Shown: positions 51,671 to 64,000 of the stretch, in pieces
Position numbering within the stretch: position 1 is the first letter of the stretch
Layout: each line of letters starts with the position of its first letter
Source: Tubulanus polymorphus
Taxonomy: Eukaryota; Animalia; Nemertea
DNA: 64,000 bases
Assembly: GCF_964204645.1 (NCBI RefSeq)
Contig: NC_134028.1
Span: 17,305,653 to 17,369,652 of the forward strand
Direction: 5' to 3'
Program-made: the position numbers and the translations under genes
The notes under the pieces: model-generated
Database searches by the model: none
Told to the model about the DNA's origin: nothing
Seen by the model: the letters and a program-made list of their open reading frames with translations, nothing else

Positions 51671-54600
51671 ATAAACTTAAAAACGCCCACTTAACGGGAC
51701 TTACATACGAGACCTGCAAATCGGGCCCTAGTGGAAGGGCATGTCTTTGAACTACCAATGAAAGTCAAATCGGTATAAAACCACCTGAAGAGACTATGTA
51801 TCACTTCAGTTAGTCGATGTATTGCTTTCCCTTTATGAAAATGACTTTTCCTTTCAGACCGATTTTTTGACCGATTGATTTGACTTCCGGGTATTGGTAC
51901 TCTTTATTAAAAAAAGAGTACCAATGTTGAAACAATAGTGGATGTTTAAATGAGCAATTAGCGACAGCTACGGCTTATGATCGAACCCCAAACAGTCCAA
52001 TGTGAAAAAATAATCCAACACACTTAGGATCGTCGGCAAACGGGGATATTTGTGAAATTCACATTATGTTTCGTGCACAAAGTACGTACTATTAATATTA
52101 ACCCTCCCCCCTTGGAAAGTATGTACGTTTTAGCTGACCCCTCCCCCTGTACGCTTTTGTACGGATTTTAAGAACCCCCCACCCCCCTACGGCCCTATGC
52201 ACGGCCCCTTAGAGATCCTTAGACCAACGAAATGATTATTGATGAACTAGTTAATTTTGGGCTTGGGTAATCTAAATAAAATGCCGCTGACACATAATGC
52301 AAGATTGCTGAGAATTCACAAATTGTTAGTACAGGCTAAATTTGTCACGTAAGAAAAATCATATCGTGACGTTGGCATACAATGGTGCGCGCCGATTGGC
52401 CGTTCCATCACGCAAATGCTTTAAAGATGCGGCTGGAACTGCATCCGAAAATCTGCATCCCAATTGTATCTCATTTTGGAGGTGTGTCATGCAGATATAT
52501 GTAGCCTATATACTTTAGTGTTACCCCATTATCCTGATGCTGTTTCATTGTTTGAGGCCATATTTTATACGGAAATATTATCTTGCAATTAAATGGAGAG
52601 ATAATTATTTAGGTCGTAACTTTTCTGCTTTCTTTTTCTTCTATTTCGTTTTTCATTGGTCATCGTTAGTAGTCAAAGCTTGCTCAATTCGAATCGGTCT
52701 ATCCCAGCTTGAAGCCAAAATAGATGCTGGTTCAGTCGGATTAATTAGTTTTTTCACCCGCTTTAAGAAAATTTGACTATATCGAACGTGCAGGTATCTG
52801 GATCCAGGAAATCTGGGTAGCCGCTCTATTTTTGTGACGGTACCGAATTGGCTGCAACGTGATTCCATTGCAGTTTTGATTCATTCATCGCTGATTTTTT
52901 AATACAATCTGGAACAATTCTAGAGGCCAAATGCTCGCAGTACTAACAGTGCTCACAGTTGATACTTTTTACTGATTCAAGAGGACCACAGACTTGTCAG
53001 TTTAAAACCAGTAACCATGGGTAGTGTATAAACATATAATGATTAAACATTATTATTTTCCAACAAATTTACAAAATTTTACTGTGTGCAATGGAGAAAT
53101 GCAACAATTATTGTGAGTACATTAATGCCTTCTTTCATTTTTCGTTAAATTCTAACATCTGGATAAATGCAAAAAGTGCAAATATTGAAGTAATGCTCTC
53201 TAATAATATGATTTGTTGATAGGATCATGTATCCGTAGTCGCGATAGCTTTAAATTAGATGAAAGTAGCAGAAATCCCTTGAAATAAGTGCAATATCATC
53301 AATATCAATATAATATCGATATCATCGAGCCAGATTCATCTTACGAAGTATCCTACCAGGCCTTCGTTATGCGACCGGTTGACGATTTTGTTAAACAAAT
53401 ATGCTGTTTCATGTATTGTTCATTTTGATGAAAAAGGTATGGCTGATTTATTGATGGATAGACAAATAAATGAATTTAAACTCGGATATTGCGAAATAAG
53501 TCGACGCTTTCGTAACAAATATATAGTCCACACTAATCTGATACAGTATTAGTGGGTCATGTTTTTATACGAAACTGATCCATAGGACCATTACACACAC
53601 ACACACATACACACACAGTCCCTCGAATATTGGGTTTTCAATGTGTTATAGCCCATTGCATGCCATTCCACATGATAGATAGAACGACCATTTGAGACCT
53701 GGGACTCAAGCACCAGCAGAGAATTCGGGGGCACGACAGTCCTTATTGCGTCTTGTATAAAACTTAAATAGCATACTGGTATATCGGGTACCCGGTATAT
53801 GATTTCGAGACCAACAGAACGTTGTGTTTCCTTTGTAATAGTCATCTCCATACACCCCCGATACACCACCAGCCTCGCACCCTCCGATACACCACCGGCC
53901 TCGCAAACCGCCGACGCTTTTCAAAAATATCGAACGCGAACGCCTAGCTACTCGATCAGGGACGTGCCACCTGCGACCGTAAAGCGACATGCCGCGCCAA
54001 TAATTGAATAACCCAGGACGCCATAGTAAATGTTATTCTGCATTTAAGGGGGGGGGGAGTATCAAATTAGTCCGAATTGCAAACAGCAGCATTTTGTTCT
54101 GAGGCACACATACGGTGACATTTAAAGCAGTTGGGATTTTCTGTGTACGGGTGACATTTTCATTACCAGGCGGATCTAGGAAATTTGGAAGAAAAGAAAA
54201 TGTATTTTTAAAAAAATTAGCTCTTATGGCCTCTAGAAAATTGGTCAAAGTGGTCAAAATTAGCTCTTATGGCCTCTAGAATTCATCTAAGAAGTGAATA
54301 TTTAATCACGAATCCCCGATGTCGGCTGTGTATCCTGATATTACTGTACGGTACATAATTTTATATATATTCATATGGTAGACTTTACTTACCTATTGGG
54401 ACCTATATGGTTTCATACTAAAAATTATATATTCCATAGATTTAACAGACTTATTGGGTGCCTCAAACTGCGGAAACATTATGTACAGGTCTATTGGGTC
54501 ATCACCTTATGAGTCCCAAGTTTGAACTGCTTATTCAAATTAGTAAATTAATCATTATTTCGAGTCAAAGTTTAATTGTAGTGACGACCCAGAAGTGGTT

Positions 54601-55849
54601 CTAATCTCTTAAGAATTACAGTGATGGAGCTGTCGTCATAATGACGATCACCTAATCGGATTTTACAATCTTAAAATTTCGTCTTGTACGTTTTCTGTAG
54701 CGCAGGTGATCAAGTCTTAGGATCAACTTCTGTCGCGAATATATCATTCGGCGTATATGGTTGTATTTATGTTGTAGTTTTCATTCATGGTTGTTGTATC
54801 ATATCAATCCATATAATTCATGTGATAATCCCTTTTCAGTACTGTACAGGTTGTTTACTAGATTCTATCCAATAGTTGTACAGATTTGACACAATGTAAT
54901 CTCAATATCATTTATATGAACGTATGGGCAGAATAAATCAGTGCTGTTATAGATCTTTCAACGATAAGGAAGTCTCGTCGTTCGTAGTCGTTTTCTCTCG
55001 GACCTAGGGAATTCTTTGGAGTCCTCGATAGTATGGACATTTTGACAAATGATTTCAAATATCAGAAGCCCAATGCGTTTAATGATTCAATTAAATGGTA
55101 TCGTGCTGATTGGATGAAAGTGGGGGTAAATCATTGTATTGTGATCTTATTCTTTTTGAATTGGTCATTGGTGGTCAATGGTCAATTTATGAATCTTCAA
55201 TGGCGAATCTTTTCTAGTTTCACACCAAACGCGGTATATCGTTCTCATGTTCGTGAAATTGTAATTCGTCAGTAGTGGTCAGTGTTGGTCAGCTTATGAA
55301 TTTGCAATGATGAATACTTGGTAGTTTGTAAACAAACATGGCTTGAGAAATTTCCGATATTCGAAGTCTGAATCGTTCAGACTCGGGGATCATATCTCAA
55401 TTGGTCAGTTTCTGACTATCACGGTGTCAGCATTGTGGTCGATAGCTTATATGAAACATTTGGAGATAACCAACGAAGGGGCCCAAAAGCACCAGCCAAT
55501 TTCCAGTGATGTGATCCAAAAAATGCCCTACTGAAAAAAGCAGTCTCTCAATTGGACGAAACCAAATCGCACAGGAAAATTAATTTAGAAATTGTCGACT
55601 AGTAGCCACAGGCACTGGTTTTTTCTACGTAGTCTCTCATTTCATATCATAAGATTTCCCCCGTTTCAAACTGTTGAGTTTATTAGATAATATTAAACAG
55701 ACATATTGGGGCCCTCAGTAATAACTAATATATTTCTTTTGATATTTGTACCTATCTGTTGGGTCCATCAAACAGTTAGTTTTCTGTAGTAACTAATATA
55801 TATCACATGATACATGATTGTACCGATCTATTGGGTCAAATATGGTCTT

Positions 55850-58330
55850 ATATCAAACTTATACATTCCGAATGTACCCATATGGAAGACTTTAATGCCT
55901 CATTCACATCCTCTTTGCTTTGCTTTGAAACTACTAAATTACTCACTATATCTTGGAGTGTTGTATCTGCAATATGCAGAGCGTTCCTATAGTCGTTTAA
56001 TTTATGTTCATCCCACTTTATTGAAGATATTCTTTTAGCCGGAGTTCTACCTTTATCTTTGCAATTCACTCGGATTGAGGCATGAATTACAGAGTGGTCA
56101 GAAAATGCCGTTGGGCATGACACATCAAATACACTTAAAACTTTCAGTGCTTGTTCATTAACAATAATATAGTCGACCACACTTTTGCCATTAGCATTTA
56201 AGCAGGTTACCCTTCCGCGCCCTCTATCACCGAATGCTCTACCGTTCATAATATAAAGTCCACTTAACTGGCAGAGTTCAATTAGCTTTCGACCATACGA
56301 GTTGGCCTTTTTATCTTCGGACACTCTTTGCTTATCTATACTATCATAATCGAATAATATATCTGTGTTTTTTATATTGATATATTCATCAAGGTCTGTC
56401 TCAAGTTGTATTACATCCTCACATAGGTCTTTTGTCCCACTATTCAAATCTCCCCAGATCCACACTAGTGCATTAGGGTCACTACTGTAGATCTCAGCCA
56501 TATTGCTTTCCAGCACCCTGAACATATCTACATCATCGACGTCGCGCCTAGATGTACCTTCAGGCATGATATAAACATTGCAAATATACATATCAGCTCT
56601 TAGTTGAAAAAAATTCTTACATAATTATATCCATAAGATATCAGAATGGTTATTCTTATATACACTAATGCCATTTTTTAACTCATTCTTAAAATAAAAT
56701 GCTATACCACCAGAATTTCTTCTAGCTCGTCTTTTCTTTGTTCTCGTTGAGCTAATACATGTATACCCTTCCATATCATATTTCTTAATGTTTTTTGTTT
56801 CAGCCCACGTTTCTATCAGACAGTACAGATGATATCTAGATCAGCAAGTAGACTATGAAAGTCTTGTGTTTCCCATTTATAGTCGCTTAGGCCCTGGACG
56901 TTCCAAACACCTAATTTTAACTGACGGGTGGCCGCAACCTATTCATCGTTCGTCTGCGGCATGAGTGGGTCGATTGAAATGTGCGGTATATTTACGCTAT
57001 CCAAGTCAATTAGAGGTGCTACTTCAACCAGTATTTGATTTTGATCATTTTCCAACGTTTCGAGTGGCGCCGCGGTGGCACTACTCGGTGGTTTTTGTAA
57101 CCTAGGGTCCCTTGTTTTATGAGTATCCACTGGTTTCCTGCTGGTTTCTGTAGGTGCCTGTGGTCGGGGTACCACATTATCATTATCTCTGATGTTATTT
57201 TGTCTAGGCTTCGGTTGCCTACGTCCTGGAATTTGCTTGTTTACAGCCGTATTCACTTAATTTTGTTGTCGATTACTTTATAAGTGTCGTTATTATATAT
57301 TAACTTATCATACGTCACAAACGCGACAGAGGTAGGGTCTGTTTCTTTTATTTCACGGGCCCTTGCGTACAGCATTTTTCTCCTTTCTCTCACTTCGATT
57401 GGGAAATCCTCTAATATCCGCAATGTGGAGTTCTCTTTGATATGAAAACGCACTTGGTAGATATACTGCCTATCTGCAGTTATTGAGCGTGGCCTCGTGC
57501 GATTTTTGAAAAACTGTCGCCCCGATGGGTTTCTATGGGCACGATGGAGTCTTAGCGAGTCCACATAATATGGATCAATGTCCTCTATCTGTGATTTTAG
57601 ATACTCTTTTAATTCCTCCTCGCAGATTTCGTTTAGTTTCTCCGGTATGCCAAGGAATACTAAATTCGTTCTCCACGCTCTAGCTTCCTGGTCAATAATT
57701 CGATCTTCCATTGCCTGCAGACGCGTATTTTCTTGTTTTTGGACAATTATGTTCTGCTCAAATTCGCTTATTTTCACACTAAGTTCATGCCGTAGCTCAT
57801 CTTTTACTTCATTTATCCTGACATCTATTTTTTCTTCGAGGTCCGATCTGCAATGCTCAATCTCTTCTCTTAGTTCTTTGAATTTTGTATCCATTTTCTT
57901 TTCAAGACTTAATTTCATATTTCTTATCTCTATTAGGACATCTTTTAGTGATATATCTTCAGCTGCCTCCTCATCAGCTTCTAGGTTATCCTCTTCATTA
58001 TAATCAACATCACATTGGTCGTTCTCATAACTAACATTCACAGTGGTCGCAGTTTTTTTCTGTGGCGGGGTACTAACTGAACTGTTCGATGACCCGTTCG
58101 AGCGTTCTCTTTTTTTGCTATCGGAGATTTTGTCGTTTCCATTAGTTTCAACTTGCTCACACTGGTTATTTGACTGTTGTGACTGTTTTTTGGTTGTTGA
58201 ATCTACGCACAGGTTTTTATCGCGGTTGGCTTTACTGTTGGCTTTATTGTTACTATTGTTCCCTGATTTAGTTTTCGTTCTAGGTTTAGGTCCAATTTTG
58301 CACTGGTCAGTCTGGTCAATCCACCTTCAC
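55850..58330 (-). mobile_element. LINE 5' part: ORF1 (coiled coil + RRM-like, 57253-58041) and ORF2 AP endonuclease (~55850-56940)
   Basis: RTNLVFLGIPE, RAHR, EDFP in ORF1; GVWNVQGL, LIETW, SGGIA, GDLN, NGR, SVVDY, SDH in ORF2. Confidence 0.85.
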
Positions 58331-58631
58331 ACAAAGCGGATTGTTAATGCGGAACGATTGCGCTTCAACACTAAACTATATGCTGTGCCACGTATACCAC
58401 ACACACATTTCAGACCTGTCAATGCGATATATTCCCACACTTATCACAACTTCCTACAGAATGTCAACTTTTAAAAATGTCGATCACATCCACTTCGATC
58501 ACAGTTTCACAATCAAATTACACAGTTTTCGTACCTTTTCTTAGCATTAAAATGATGTTATAATCCGCTTTAATGGAGAGCCTACATTCGCGTGACTTTA
58601 TGCGGCGGCCATTGTGATATGCAATAGGTAT

Positions 58632-59063
58632 TTAGTATTTATAATCAACAATTTCTAAATCATGATGACCATCCTCATTTTTTCCATGATAGATTATTTT
58701 AAATCCTTCTAAATCTTTTAATTCCTCTGTACTCAATGCAACCCATTTATCAGGTAAAAATACTTTAAATTCTTGCGATGTACTAACATTACAGTACCTT
58801 TTCGTTGATACTTTCTCTCCATATTTAGTTTTTATCTTTTCTAATTTCAATATTTTATGTTCAATTTCTTTTTTATTTCAAATTGTTTTTTACATTCATA
58901 TTTTCTAATCGTTCTTTTCTTTCATTGGAATTTTTTGAAGTTTCAAAATCTATAACATTTTTTATATGATTTGAAGATTTTTCATGACGCGATTTTTGAG
59001 ATTTATCAATGTATTTTTTAAAATATGGACAATAATATTGATTTTCATTAACATCAATTTGTT
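58632..59063 (-). mobile_element. Chimeric PLV fragment: pPolB N-terminus joined to the small KYG-family gene
   Basis: 58890-59063 matches 51326-51500; 58632-58870 matches 34505-34738. Confidence 0.85.
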
Positions 59064-61182
59064 CTGGCGACAAAACCAAAATAATGAATTGTCGCAGGCG
59101 ATAAAACCAAAATAATGAATTGTCGCGGGCGACAAAACCAAAATGGTGAATTGTCGCGGGCGACAAAACCAAAATAATGAATTGTCGCGGGCGATAAAAC
59201 CGTAATAATGAATTGTCGCGGGCGATAAAACCAAAATAATGAATTGTCGCGGGCGATTAATCCAAAATAATGAATTGTCGCGCGCAACTAAACCAAATAA
59301 AATTTGTCGTGGGCGACAAAAACAAATTACAAAACATAAATAATGAATTGCTGTGGGCGATAAAACCAAAATAATGAATTGTCGCGGGCGATAAAACCGT
59401 AATAATGAATTGTCGTGGGCGATAAAACCAAAATAATGAATTGTCGCGGGCGATTAAACCAAAATAATGAATTGTCGCGGGCAACAAAACCCAAAAAAAT
59501 TGTCGTGGGCGACAAAAACAAAATATAAAACCAAAATAATGAATTGTCGCGGGTGACAAAACCAAAATAATGAATTGTCGTGGGCGATAAAACCGTAATA
59601 ATGAATTGTCCCGGGCGATAAAACCAAAATAATGAATTGTCGCGGGCGATTAAACCAAAATAATGAATTGTCGCGCGCAACTTAACCAAAAAAAAATTGT
59701 CGTGGGCGACAAAAACAAAATATAAAACATAAATAATGAATTGTCGTGGGCGATAAAACCAAAATATTGAATTGTCGCTGGCGACAAAACCAAAAAATTG
59801 AATTGTCGCGGGCGACAAAACCAAAATAATGAATTGTCGCGGGCGATAAAACCGTAATAATGAATTGTCGTGGGCGATAAAACCAAAATAATGAATTGTC
59901 GCGGGCGATTAAACCAAAATAATGAATTGTCGCGGCAACAAAACCCAAAAAAATTGTCGTGGGCGACAAAAACAAAATATAAAACCAAAATAATGAATTG
60001 TCGCGGGTGACAAAACCAAAATAATGAATTGTCCCGGGCGATAAAACCAAAATAATGAATTGTCGCGGGCGATTAAACCAAAATAATGAATTGTCGCGCG
60101 CAACTTAACCAAAAAAAAATTGTCGTGGGCGACAAAAACAAAATATAAAACATAAATAATGAATTGTCGTGGGCGATAAAACCAAAATATTGAATTGTCC
60201 GCTGGCGACAAAACCAAAAAATTGAATTGTCGCGGGCGACAAAACCAAAATAATGAATTGTCGCGGGTGATAAAACCGTAATAATGAATTGTCGTGGGCG
60301 ATAAAACCAAAATAATGAATTGTCGCGGGCGATTAAACCAAAATAATGAATTGTCGCGGGCAACAAAACCCAAAAAAATTGTCGTGGGCGACAAAAACAA
60401 AATATAAAACCAAAATAATGAATAGTCGCGGAAAAACCAAAAAGAAGAATTGTCGCGGGCGATAAAACCAAAATAATGAATTGTCGCTGGAGATGAAACC
60501 AAAATATTGAATTGTCGCGGGCGACAAAACCAACAAAAAAAATTGTCGCGGGCGATAACACCAAAATAATGAACTATCGCGGGCGATAAAACCAAAGTAT
60601 TGAATTGTCGCGGTCGATAAAACCAAAATAATGAATTTTCTCGTGCGACAAAACCAAAATCATGAATTGTCGCGGGCGATAAAACCAAAATAATGAATTA
60701 TCGCGGGCGACAAAACCAAAATATCGAATTGTCGCAGGTGACAAAACCAAAAGAAAAATTGTTGCGGGCGACAAAAACAAAATATAAAACCAAAATAATG
60801 AATTGTCGCGGGCGACAAAACCAAAAGAAGAATTGTCGGGGCGACAAAACCAAAATATTGATTTGTCGCGGGCGACAAAACCAACTTAATGAATTGTCGC
60901 GGGCGACAAAACCAAAATATTGTTTTGTCGCGGGTGATAAAACCAAATTAATGATTTGTCGCGGGCGATAAAACCAAAATAATGAATTGTCGCGGGCGAT
61001 AAAACCAAAATATTGAATTGTCGCGGGCGACAAAACCAAAATATTGTTTTGTCGCGGGTGACAAAACCAAATTAATGAATTGTCGCGGGCGATAAAACCA
61101 AAATAATGAATTGTCGCGGGCGATAAAACCAAAATAATAAATTGTCGCGGGCGACAAAACCAAAATTATTGATTTGTCGCGT
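59064..61182. repeat. Tandem satellite, ~31-bp monomer AAAACCAAAATAATGAATTGTCGCGGGCGA(T/C), roughly 65 units
   Basis: Direct reading; variant monomers recur about every 390-455 bp. Confidence 0.95.
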
Positions 61183-61292
61183 TATTTTAGTTTTTTCGTT
61201 TTGTCATAATGTCGCCCTCATTTGCATATACGAGTTTTTTTTACGCATGGCCCTTATCAGCCACCATACTAAAGCCTTAAGGTCGCGTACTC

Positions 61293-61607
61293 GATAAACA
61301 CTTCAAGCGACACAGCGAACGATCTCCTTTCTCCCACAGCGAACGCTTAACCTAGTAGAAGCTACTAGCCTATGTAGGCCTAACATCCGGACAGATTGGT
61401 CGTAGGCCTATTGAATAACAACTCACCTAAATATCGTAAGTTTTGTTTTGAAGTTCAATCCAATGAGTCCGTTAATAAACGCAACAATTGTACTGTGTTT
61501 GTTTGATACAGTAAAGCTCAGTACCGGTAGGCCTAAAGCCGCGTCATACTAGATAAACACTTCAAGCGACACAGCGAACGATCCCTTTGCCCCACAGCGA
61601 ACGCTTA
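61293..61607 (+). repeat. ~55-bp direct repeat pair
   Basis: gataaacacttcaagcgacacagcgaacgatc...cccacagcgaacgctta at ~61293 and ~61552. Confidence 0.85.
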
Positions 61608-62544
61608 CTCCGAATGTCAAGTGTGAGTCCAGCATACGGATAGGAGTGTGTTATATACTTGTATTTAGTAAATACCTTGTGCATTTGACAATGATCGGTA
61701 TGTACTGTAGGAAATATAGAGTATTGATATAGAGGTTGAAGCCCGCGGCCGAATAAAGTAATATATTCTTTTATTTTGATACCTCGTCGACATAACAGCT
61801 TTTCTCCGCTATATCTCTTCGGCGTGTTTAGTTTAGGCCTACGATTCCCCGGTACACTAAAGATTATCTTAGTAAATACACGGTTAATTCGGTAAAGAAA
61901 AATAGGTATTGTTATACTAACTCCTTGAAACCCGCAGCCAAATCACTGGTAGTAATAAATTAATTTGTACTCGATTTGATTCTCATGATGAGGAGAAACT
62001 CGCAGCTGATCCCCGGAACGACGATGTAGTAACACACGTCGATTCGTCGATGTTTACGGCTCGACAGTGCTTTTAAAACCTAAAGTAATAAATTTCCAGT
62101 GTATCGGTAATATGATTTGATGAGGAAAATGGGCTATTGTTAAAATCACTGTTTGAAGACCGCGACTGAATTTGAAGTCTGCGGCAATAAATTAGTTCAT
62201 TTATACTTGAATTGATAATCGAAGTGACAGTCGGCCTGCGGGTTGATTTCGGGATGACGACTCGAAAAACATGTCGCCCCATTGAATGGGGCTAAATTTT
62301 CGATGATTCGTGAAAAAACACGCGGGCTATTTGTAGATCTCAGTGAGCGGAACGATATTATATGGATTGTATATGAAACAGCGGTAAGGTAACAAAGCCT
62401 ATGTTCTTTTGGTAAAAATAGTGTGGAAGAAAATAATAATAATAATAATCACGCGGATATCAATAGGGTTTTCTGTGAAATAACAGAAAACCCTAAATAT
62501 AGCTGCAAAGCAGCGATAACGGGTTTTCTGCACAGTCTTAGAAT

Positions 62545-62790
62545 CCTGTTCAACGGTGGATTTTGACGAAGCATTTGATAAGGCACAACATCAGCCATTA
62601 CTAAACAGGCTATTAGGAAACAGTTTCAATGATAGGTCGCCCAAATGGCTCAGCAGTTATCTCTGAACGAAAACTTGTAGCCGAAATCAACGGAACGCCT
62701 CATCTTGGAATAAGTCGGTCAAACTAGTGGAGTCACGCAAGGTAGTATCCCAAGTTGTCTTCTGTTTAATGTCCTGACATATGACATACA
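62545..62790 (+). mobile_element. CR1-like RT fragment
   Basis: VDFDEAFDK..H..LL..L, WLSSYL, TSGVTQGS. Confidence 0.65.
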
Positions 62791-64000
62791 CAGTAATCCA
62801 ACATATACCAGACCGAGTAAATTTCTAAATCGACCTTAACACGCTGTTCGACCAAAAAACTTAATGTTCCAACAAGAAAATCTTGTTCGAATGAAAATAA
62901 TTCTGTTTGATCGAACAATACGCTTTTTGCTTGAACCAAAAATTTTCTTCATTCTGACAAAAAATGTGTTCGAATAAAAAGCTATGTTATTGTTGAAATG
63001 AAAAAAAATTTGGTTGAGCGAAAACAATTTTTTTCGAACGAATGTTTTAATGAAAACAATTCTGTTCGATTGAACGAAATACTTAATACTTTCGGTTCGG
63101 AGAAAAACTTTTTTTAATATACTTGTTCGAACGAAAAACTTAATGTTCTGACAAGAAAATTCTGTTCAAATTAAAACGATTCTGTTCAGTTGAATGATTG
63201 TTCGAACGAAAAACCTTTCGTTTGGACAAAAAAAAGTTTGTTCAACTTTGTTCTAACGATTTTTTCAAATTGGTTCAATTGTATAGAATATTATTGGTTC
63301 GAACGAAATAAATTTTGTTCCGACGAAAGAATTTCCAAGCGAAAGGTCTTTTGAACGAAAAAAAAAGATATTTCTGGTGCTCCGCAGTAACTTAAAGCCA
63401 GACGTAGGTTGTTCTTGTGACACGATGCGATCCTCGCGTTGCATCGCAAGTTTCGATGCAAGTCGCTTGCAATACGATTGTGTGCGACTAGTTTCTGCCA
63501 GTCGCAAGAGCGCGTCGGTTGGTTGTGACAGTCGTGTCGCGTCGCAGAAAGTAGAACACGTACGACTCCATGTGACTGGCGTTGCTGAAAGATGAGGACG
63601 CCAGTGATATGACGACTGAGTTTCAAGTCGTCAAAACGTCACGATATGTCGACATATTCATGTCGAATTGATGCGATATATCGACATAAATATGGTGACT
63701 TGTTGGAACGCAACAACTCGAGGCCCTTTATCGCTTCCGTAGATCTTTCATTAAGTAGGATAACTTGAATGATCGCTTTAATATCACTTTTAAAAAAAAG
63801 AATCTGCCAAAATGACCTTAATATTCGACACTATATCTACGGAAGCGATACGGGGCCTCGAGATCACGCGTTCCAACTCGACAAGTCGCCATATTATTGT
63901 CGACATACCGCGATATATCCATTATGAGTTTTCCGGTTTGCTCGGCTACCCGTACTGGCGGGGTAGTCTAGATAGGCAAATGAAAGCTCCGGTTTGCTGA

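Noticed and set aside
59064-61182. CRISPR-like array and many overlapping ORFs
   Set aside because: Monomers are contiguous with no unique spacers and no cas genes; the ORFs are translations of the tandem repeat
62805-63370. Scattered TTCGAACGAA motifs
   Set aside because: Looks like a degenerate MITE interior; boundaries and TIRs could not be defined

Overview
AT-rich eukaryotic (probably invertebrate) repeat-dense region with no recognisable host gene. It is dominated by endogenous Polinton/Maverick-like (adintovirus/PLV-type) DNA viruses. One element is full length at 34327-51608, with ~90-bp TIRs, pPolB, rve integrase-chromodomain, A32/FtsK-type ATPase, major and minor capsid genes and membrane proteins. 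A related left-truncated copy lies at ~18047-26024, a pPolB-deleted derivative at <1-5963, and fragments at ~12.5-14.8 kb and 58.6-59.1 kb. These are interspersed with decayed LINEs, a Penelope-like element, a BEL/Pao LTR element, a pogo-like transposase, MITEs, microsatellites and a ~31-bp satellite. Highlights: (1) the full-length element's pPolB carries a LAGLIDADG intein at the YFD|TD motif-C site, and an intein-free allele is present in the same window; (2) the viral genes carry poxvirus-like promoter motifs of apparently different classes, suggesting a virophage-like lifestyle; (3) a ~310-nt strand-specific, highly structured putative RNA with two GGCGCC (kissing-type) loops lies inside the element; (4) two copies end in G-T-tolerant fold-back palindromes built from the TIR. 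All calls come from reading motifs by eye, and no searches were run. Most ORFs are broken by stops and frameshifts, some of which may be sequencing errors in homopolymers.
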